Shown here piece by piece: positions 58,822 to 64,000 of a DNA stretch of 64,000 bases. Origin of the DNA: an uncultured Eubacteriales bacterium (lineage in GTDB: Bacteria; Bacillota; Clostridia; Oscillospirales; CAG-272); assembly GCA_958352145.1 (NCBI GenBank), contig CATWNM010000007.1, positions 5,865-69,864 of the forward strand. Direction: 5' to 3'. Numbering within the stretch: position 1 is the first letter of the stretch; each line of letters begins with the position of its first letter. The notes below the pieces were generated by a model. It ran no database searches. It was not told the origin of the DNA and was given only the letters and a program-made list of their open reading frames with translations. The position numbers and the translations under genes are program-made.

Positions 58822-60525
58822 CTAAAGGCGTTCGTCTTTGACGATTTTATTTCTTTTGATTTTATTTGTAGTCGTTTTTTCAAACTCGGCGTCGCGCACT
58901 TTGACTTTGGCGATGTGTTTATAGTGCGGGAGCGGTTCTGTCGCTTTCGCAATGTCCGCACGGATACGCTCAACCGGGTTTTCGATCCCTAGTTCCGCAA
59001 TTTTTTCTTCGGAAAGGAAAACCTCAGCGCAGAGCGAATCTTCCAGGCCGTGTTCATTTTTCAGCGCGTAGACGACAGCTTCGGCGACGTAGGGAATCGC
59101 GGCGATATAGTTTTCGATTTCCTCAGGAAATACGTTTTTGCCGTTTGTGAGGACGATCAAATTCTTTTTGCGTCCAGTGATATACAATTGCCCGTGTTCG
59201 TTCATCCGGCCGTAATCGCCGGTATAGAACCAGCCGTCCCGCAGGCATTCGGCGGTCAGCTTTGGCTGCTTGTAGTAACCGAGCATGACGACGTCGCCCT
59301 TTACGCAGATTTCACCGTCGCCGTCCGGCGTGACGTTTTCAAATTTGATCTGGCAGCAGGGAAGCGGAATGCCTACGGTGTGCCAGTCGTTGAACGCGTC
59401 GTGATTTGCGCTGACAAGCGGTGAGCATTCGGTAATGCCGTAGCCGTTAATCAAAGAGATGCCGATGCCGTCGAAAAATTCGCCGAGTTCCGGCCGCAGG
59501 GGAGACCCGCCGCAGACAATTTTTCGCAGATTGCCGCCGAAAGCTTTGTGTACGGAGGCAAAAAGCGTCTTTCGCAAATCTATGCCGGCCCGGCGCAGTT
59601 TGTTGCTGATGCGGATCATTTTGAACAGCGTTTGTTCCTTGCCGTTTTGACGCGCGTTGGTCAGAATTTTCTTGTAGAAGACTTCGACGAATGCGGGCAC
59701 AAGGTAAACATAGTCCGGTTTGTATTCCTGTAGGTTTTTCAGGACCATTTTCAAACTTTCGTTGATGCAGATCGTCGCGTGTTTGTGCAGGGAGACAAGG
59801 AGACCGGAGACCGCCTCATAGGTATGATTGTAGGGGAGCACGGAGAGCGACCGGCGATAGACGGTGGAAACCTGCAATCCGTAGTATACGCTGGAAACAA
59901 GATTGTGTTCGCTCAGCATGACGCCTTTTTGCATGCCGGTTGTACCCGAGGTATAGACCAGCATTTTGAGGGCGTTCGGGTCGCTGGTCATGGAGGCGTA
60001 CCGTTCGTCCCCGTCTGCATACAATTTGGCGCCTTTGGCTTTCAGCGCTTCAAAGCTGAGAAAATTGCCCAGATCTTCTTCGCGGTCTATGCCGACAAAG
60101 TATTTGACCTGCGGCATTTTTGCGGCGTTTTCCATTAGGTCGCTTTCATAGCGCTTCGTATAAAAGACAACTTCGCTGTCGCTGTCGTTTACAATGTTCT
60201 GGATATCGCAGAAAGGCAGTTCCTTGTCGATTGGGACATACACGCCGCTCGATTTCAAAACCGTCAGGTATACCACGATCCAGGAATAGGAATTTTCGCC
60301 CAGCATCGCGATATGCCGGTCTCCAAAGCCGAGGTCGGTGAGCGCCGTGCCAAGCGCCATCGTATCGGCATAAAAATCGCGGTAGGAAATCTCTGCGATC
60401 TTGCCGTCCTTTCGAAATTTAAACGCGGTTTGATCGCCGGCGGCTTTGATCGCCATCTCCAGCATTTCTTTGATGGATTCGAATTTTTCTACTTTGTAAT
60501 ACTCGTAGGGCAGTTTATCTGTCAT
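58822..60525 (-). CDS. AMP-dependent long-chain acyl-CoA synthetase
   Basis: 567 aa. AMP-binding motif LVYTSGTTGMQKGVMLSEHN, then GYGITE, YTGDYG and GRKKNLI. Confidence 0.88.
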   Translation of the reverse strand: MTDKLPYEYYKVEKFESIKEMLEMAIKAAGDQTAFKFRKDGKIAEISYRDFYADTMALGTALTDLGFGDRHIAMLGENSYSWIVVYLTVLKSSGVYVPIDKELPFCDIQNIVNDSDSEVVFYTKRYESDLMENAAKMPQVKYFVGIDREEDLGNFLSFEALKAKGAKLYADGDERYASMTSDPNALKMLVYTSGTTGMQKGVMLSEHNLVSSVYYGLQVSTVYRRSLSVLPYNHTYEAVSGLLVSLHKHATICINESLKMVLKNLQEYKPDYVYLVPAFVEVFYKKILTNARQNGKEQTLFKMIRISNKLRRAGIDLRKTLFASVHKAFGGNLRKIVCGGSPLRPELGEFFDGIGISLINGYGITECSPLVSANHDAFNDWHTVGIPLPCCQIKFENVTPDGDGEICVKGDVVMLGYYKQPKLTAECLRDGWFYTGDYGRMNEHGQLYITGRKKNLIVLTNGKNVFPEEIENYIAAIPYVAEAVVYALKNEHGLEDSLCAEVFLSEEKIAELGIENPVERIRADIAKATEPLPHYKHIAKVKVRDAEFEKTTTNKIKRNKIVKDERL

Positions 60526-60633
60526 AGTATGCCTCCAGTATTTTATATCTTTATAATTTTAGCACAATATTGCCAAAAAGGCAAGTGATTTTTTCGTTCA
60601 ATATTCATTGAATTCATTCTGCGAAGTTTAATC

Positions 60634-60662
60634 TTGTAAAGAAACGCAGTATATGATAAAAT
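60634..60662 (+). promoter_or_regulatory. Candidate promoter of the sulfatase operon
   Basis: TTGTAA, a 17-nt spacer and TAAAAT lie about 40 nt upstream of the RBS GGGGGAG and the ATG at 60704. Confidence 0.4.
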
Positions 60663-60703
60663 TTGCATTGGGAAAGTTTTAAACATAAGGGGGAGAAAGA
60701 GAA

Positions 60704-62266
60704 ATGCGACCGAATATCGTGATTGTAATGACGGACCAGCAGCGCGCTGATTTGCGGGCAGGGGTGGGATATCCGCTCGATACGATGCCTTTTTTGGACC
60801 GGTGGGCCGGAGAGGGAATCGATTTTCGCCGCGCGTATACCCCAAATCCCTGCTGCGTGCCGGCGCGCGTCAGCATGTTTACGGGGCGGTATCCGTCCTG
60901 CCATGCCGTGCGGACAAATCACAATGTGTCCGACGCGCTGTACGGAGAGGATCTTTTGGACGTGCTGAAGCGCTGCGGCTACAGAACGGCGCTCTGCGGT
61001 AAAAATCATACCTACCGTAAACCGGAGGATTTTGATTTTCAGGAGCGGACAGGGCATCTCGGAGGAAAACCGGGACCGGACAGCAGTGAAGACGACATTG
61101 CATTCGCTGATTTTTTAAATCGCATCAAGCATACGGAGACGCATGAACCGTCGCCTGGCGGCGTCTGTGTGCAGCATCCCTATAAAAATGTGAGTTCGGC
61201 GCTGAAATTTATAGATCAGGACCGCGGCGGCGCTCCCTTTTTTCTCTGGCTCTCGTTTGCCGAACCGCATAATCCCTATCAGGTTCCGGAACCGTATTTT
61301 GACATGTTCCCGCCCGAGTCTCTGCCGAAAACCACGGGAACCGTGGCGGATTTGCCTGCGAAGGGGCCGTTCTTTGAATGGGAACGCGCCGGTTGGGAGA
61401 CGGCTATGGGCGAGGACACCGACAGACGGATCCTGCGTGCGCGGTCGAATTATCACGGCATGCTTCGTCTGATCGACGATCAGTTCAAACGGTTTATCGA
61501 GGGACTGGAGGCGCGCGGGCTTCGGGAAAACACGGTTGTGGTATTTCTTTCGGATCATGGAGATTTTGTCGGAGAATATGGCTTGATCCGCAAGGGCGTC
61601 GGACTTCCGGAGGTGCTTACCCGCATTACGATGGCATGGCAGGGTCCCGGATTTTCACGCGCGGTCGTCAATGACAGCGCCTGTGTGAATTTAGTGGATA
61701 TTTTGCCGACGGTCTGTGATTTGATTGGCGCGGAAATTCCGTTTGGCTCTCAGGGGCGCAGCCTGCTTCCGCTTCTGCGCGGGGAAGCGTGCCCGCCCGG
61801 CGAATTTGACGTCGCCTATTCCGAATTTGGCTACGGCGGATTGTACTGGAATGACCGCGATCATCTGAAGCCCACGGATGACCGTACGCTTTCCGAAGAT
61901 AAAAAGACGTTCGTCTGCATGGGGTCATGGACGCAATCCGGACAGACGCGCATGGTTCGCAAGGGCGACTATAAAATTCAGATTGACATGATGGGAACGG
62001 GTTACTTATATAATTTGAAAGAGGATCCGGCGGAGCTCCGCAATCTCTGGGACGAACCGGATTATCTCCAGATCAAAGCGGATATGCTGGCCTGCCTTGC
62101 GGCGGCGGCGCTTCGCGCCGCTGATCCGATTCCCGCGCCGCATAACCGGTACCGCACAAAGCTGCATCCAAAGGGGTATTGGTTCGATGAAACGTATGTG
62201 GCGGAAGATCCGGGTGTGCGCATGGAACCGCTTGCTGCTTTTGCCGCGCACGGTAGCAAGGATTGA
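60704..62266 (+). CDS. Cys-type sulfatase, no signal peptide
   Basis: 520 aa. PNIVIVMTDQQR and the formylglycine motif C-V-P-A-R in NPCCVPARVSMFTGR. The N-terminus lacks a hydrophobic leader. Confidence 0.88.
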   Translation: MRPNIVIVMTDQQRADLRAGVGYPLDTMPFLDRWAGEGIDFRRAYTPNPCCVPARVSMFTGRYPSCHAVRTNHNVSDALYGEDLLDVLKRCGYRTALCGKNHTYRKPEDFDFQERTGHLGGKPGPDSSEDDIAFADFLNRIKHTETHEPSPGGVCVQHPYKNVSSALKFIDQDRGGAPFFLWLSFAEPHNPYQVPEPYFDMFPPESLPKTTGTVADLPAKGPFFEWERAGWETAMGEDTDRRILRARSNYHGMLRLIDDQFKRFIEGLEARGLRENTVVVFLSDHGDFVGEYGLIRKGVGLPEVLTRITMAWQGPGFSRAVVNDSACVNLVDILPTVCDLIGAEIPFGSQGRSLLPLLRGEACPPGEFDVAYSEFGYGGLYWNDRDHLKPTDDRTLSEDKKTFVCMGSWTQSGQTRMVRKGDYKIQIDMMGTGYLYNLKEDPAELRNLWDEPDYLQIKADMLACLAAAALRAADPIPAPHNRYRTKLHPKGYWFDETYVAEDPGVRMEPLAAFAAHGSKD

Positions 62267-62300
62267 CGCGCCAGAAAGTATTTATGTGTGAGGAATATTT

Positions 62301-63413
62301 ATGCCGCCTTTGAGTATGATGATTAAGCCTGCCTCGTCCGCTTGTGATTTGCGGTGCAGGTATTGCTTTTATGCGGATGTAACGTCCCGCCGGGAACAGG
62401 CGTGCCGGGGCATGATGACGCCGCAGACGATGCGTGCGCTCGTCCGTCGCGCGTTTATTTATGCGGACGACACGGTTACGTTTGCTTTTCAGGGCGGCGA
62501 GCCGACGCTTGCGGGCGCAGAATTTTTTCAGGCGTTTTTGCATCTGGTTTCGGAGTATAATGTGCGCGGACTTCCTGTTTCCTATGCGCTGCAGACGAAT
62601 GGGTGTCATTTATCGGACGCGCTGTGCGCGCTGTTTGCAAAGCATCATTTTTTGCTGGGTGTCTCCTTGGACGGCGACCGGGAAACGCATGACGCTGCGC
62701 GCGTTGACGCAGAGGGGAAAGGCAGTTATGACCGCGTGCTTTCTGGGATCGCTATGCTGAAAAAATATAAAGTTGATTTTAATATTCTTTGTGTGGTCAC
62801 TGCGCGGACAGCTGAACATACGGAACAAGTATGGAAAGCGCTTGCCCCGTATGAGCATCTGCAGTTTATACCCTGTATAGATGAGTTTGGCGGCGAGCGG
62901 GGCAGTTTTTCGCTGGAAGCCGAGGCATATGGGCGCTTCCTGATCGAGAGTTTTGATCTCTATGAAGCGGCGTTTTACACGGGTCATGCCGTAAGTGAAC
63001 GGCGTTTTGACAATTATATCGGGATGCTGCTTGGCTGCATGCCTGAACACTGTGGCATGGCAGGCAGATGCGGACTGTATTTTTTGGTCGAGGCGGATGG
63101 CAGCGTGTATCCGTGCGACTTTTATGCGCTGGATGAATGGCGGCTTGGGAATGTCAATGAAACCTCGCTTGCGCGTATCGCCAATACCTCCAAAGCTTTG
63201 GCGTTTCGGGAAGCGTCTCTGACGCTTCCCGAAACGTGCGGCGCCTGTAAATGGCGCGCCCTCTGCCGCGGCGGCTGTCGGCGCGACAGGGAGCCCGTGC
63301 TGGACGGCAAGCCCGGAGAAAATCGTTTCTGCGAGAGCTATCGGATGTTTTTTGAAAAGCGGTTTGACCGCATGGCCTTACTGGCGGAGAGGATTCGAAG
63401 GCAGAGTCTATGA
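62301..63413 (+). CDS. Anaerobic sulfatase-maturating enzyme (radical SAM/SPASM)
   Basis: 370 aa. CX3CX2C (CDLRCRYC) near the N-terminus and a C-terminal Cys-rich SPASM region (CGACKWRALCRGGC). Confidence 0.88.
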   Translation: MPPLSMMIKPASSACDLRCRYCFYADVTSRREQACRGMMTPQTMRALVRRAFIYADDTVTFAFQGGEPTLAGAEFFQAFLHLVSEYNVRGLPVSYALQTNGCHLSDALCALFAKHHFLLGVSLDGDRETHDAARVDAEGKGSYDRVLSGIAMLKKYKVDFNILCVVTARTAEHTEQVWKALAPYEHLQFIPCIDEFGGERGSFSLEAEAYGRFLIESFDLYEAAFYTGHAVSERRFDNYIGMLLGCMPEHCGMAGRCGLYFLVEADGSVYPCDFYALDEWRLGNVNETSLARIANTSKALAFREASLTLPETCGACKWRALCRGGCRRDREPVLDGKPGENRFCESYRMFFEKRFDRMALLAERIRRQSL

Positions 63414-64000
63414 TTTGGATTTGTATACTGGTTTGTCTTTGCAGCACGCTGCTCGGCGCAGTCAGCGGGATCGGCGGCGGCGTGATTATCAAGCCTGTGC
63501 TGGATGCGGCTCTGCCGCTGGGTATGGCAAAGGTCAGTCTGATCTCTTCTTTCGCCGTATTTTGCATGTCTCTGTTCAGCGTGGCGAGACATTACCTAAA
63601 GCGGGTAAAGCGTGATCCCGAGGCGTTTAGGCTGAACTATGCCGTTCCGCTGGCGATAGGCGGCGCATTTGGCGGCGCGTTTGGGAAAATGATATTTGCC
63701 CGCGTTTCGGATCAATTTGCATCGGATGGGGACATGGTCAAATGCGTGCAGAACGGCGTTTTGTTTGTCCTTATGGCCGCGGTGCTGGTATGCGGTTTTT
63801 TCAGACGGGAGTCGGAGAAGAGCGATTCGGCGCGCAGCGCGGCAGGCGGTCTGCCAATCGGCTTTATATTGGGAATCGCCGCCGCATTTTTAGGAATTGG
63901 CGGCGGCCCTTTGAATATGCTGGCGCTGACCGTGTATTATCGTATGCCGTATAAAAAAGCCGCTCTGTATTCGCTGTTCATCATTCTTTGTTCGCAGGGC
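63410..64000 (+). CDS. TauE/SafE (TSUP) family anion exporter, 3'-partial at the window edge
   Basis: ATGA overlap with the anSME stop. My hand translation gives MIWICILVCLCSTLLGAVSGIGGGVIIKPVLD...LGIGGGPLNM, with two GIGGG motifs typical of TSUP. It is not in the ORF track because no stop lies within the window. Confidence 0.7.
   Translation, partial: MIWICILVCLCSTLLGAVSGIGGGVIIKPVLDAALPLGMAKVSLISSFAVFCMSLFSVARHYLKRVKRDPEAFRLNYAVPLAIGGAFGGAFGKMIFARVSDQFASDGDMVKCVQNGVLFVLMAAVLVCGFFRRESEKSDSARSAAGGLPIGFILGIAAAFLGIGGGPLNMLALTVYYRMPYKKAALYSLFIILCSQG

Overview
This 64-kb window is probably from a Clostridia-class Firmicute. That is an inference from lipobox lipoproteins, Tn916-type modules, an anaerobic sulfatase maturase and the general gene content. 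It splits into three blocks.

(1) 1-12.16 kb holds mtnN, a heterodimeric ABC exporter, a 1011-aa lipoprotein and an AraC-controlled operon. In the lipoprotein, two duplicated YD-repeat modules flank a VanY/M15B peptidase domain. The operon encodes two sugar isomerases/epimerases, an oxidoreductase and a membrane transporter.

(2) 12.17-38.40 kb is a visibly AT-richer, composite and decaying integrative island at the 3' end of tRNA-Ser(CGA).
- It is bounded by a ~47-nt imperfect direct repeat.
- It carries two oppositely oriented Tn916-like modules (ORF7-type sigma, xis, int), all broken by nonsense or frameshift lesions, and no transfer genes.
- Cargo A (13.8-25.5 kb, all minus strand) is a LysR-headed redox/hydrolase cluster. 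Its unusual feature is lipoprotein-anchored flavodoxins (three domains) beside a His-rich membrane protein and three lipoprotein esterases. It also encodes cytoplasmic FMN reductases, an Isf-like flavoprotein, aldo/keto reductases (AKRs), a carboxymuconolactone decarboxylase (CMD)-cupin fusion and an Fe-ADH.
- Cargo B (28.4-35.1 kb) is an efflux cluster of two MarR genes, a cytidylate-kinase-like gene, a MATE pump and an ABC pair.

(3) 38.4-64 kb is GC-rich core.
- A long minus-strand block runs murD, three M42 peptidases, ynbB-like, a lipoprotein, a cysteine desulfurase, a methyltransferase, trkA, trkH and tRNA-Ser.
- Next come RNase P RNA, a TPP riboswitch with thiT, a HAD phosphatase, typA and azlCD.
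- A small AT-rich islet holds two tandem ribbon-helix-helix (RHH) paralogs, a twin-HTH protein and an orphan Phd/YefM antitoxin.
- The block ends with a CDF transporter, an acyl-CoA synthetase and a sulfatase / anaerobic sulfatase-maturating enzyme (anSME) / TauE operon.

The most novel candidate is the extracytoplasmic flavodoxin / His-rich membrane protein / esterase module. I saw no CRISPR array, and no complete IS element or complete prophage.
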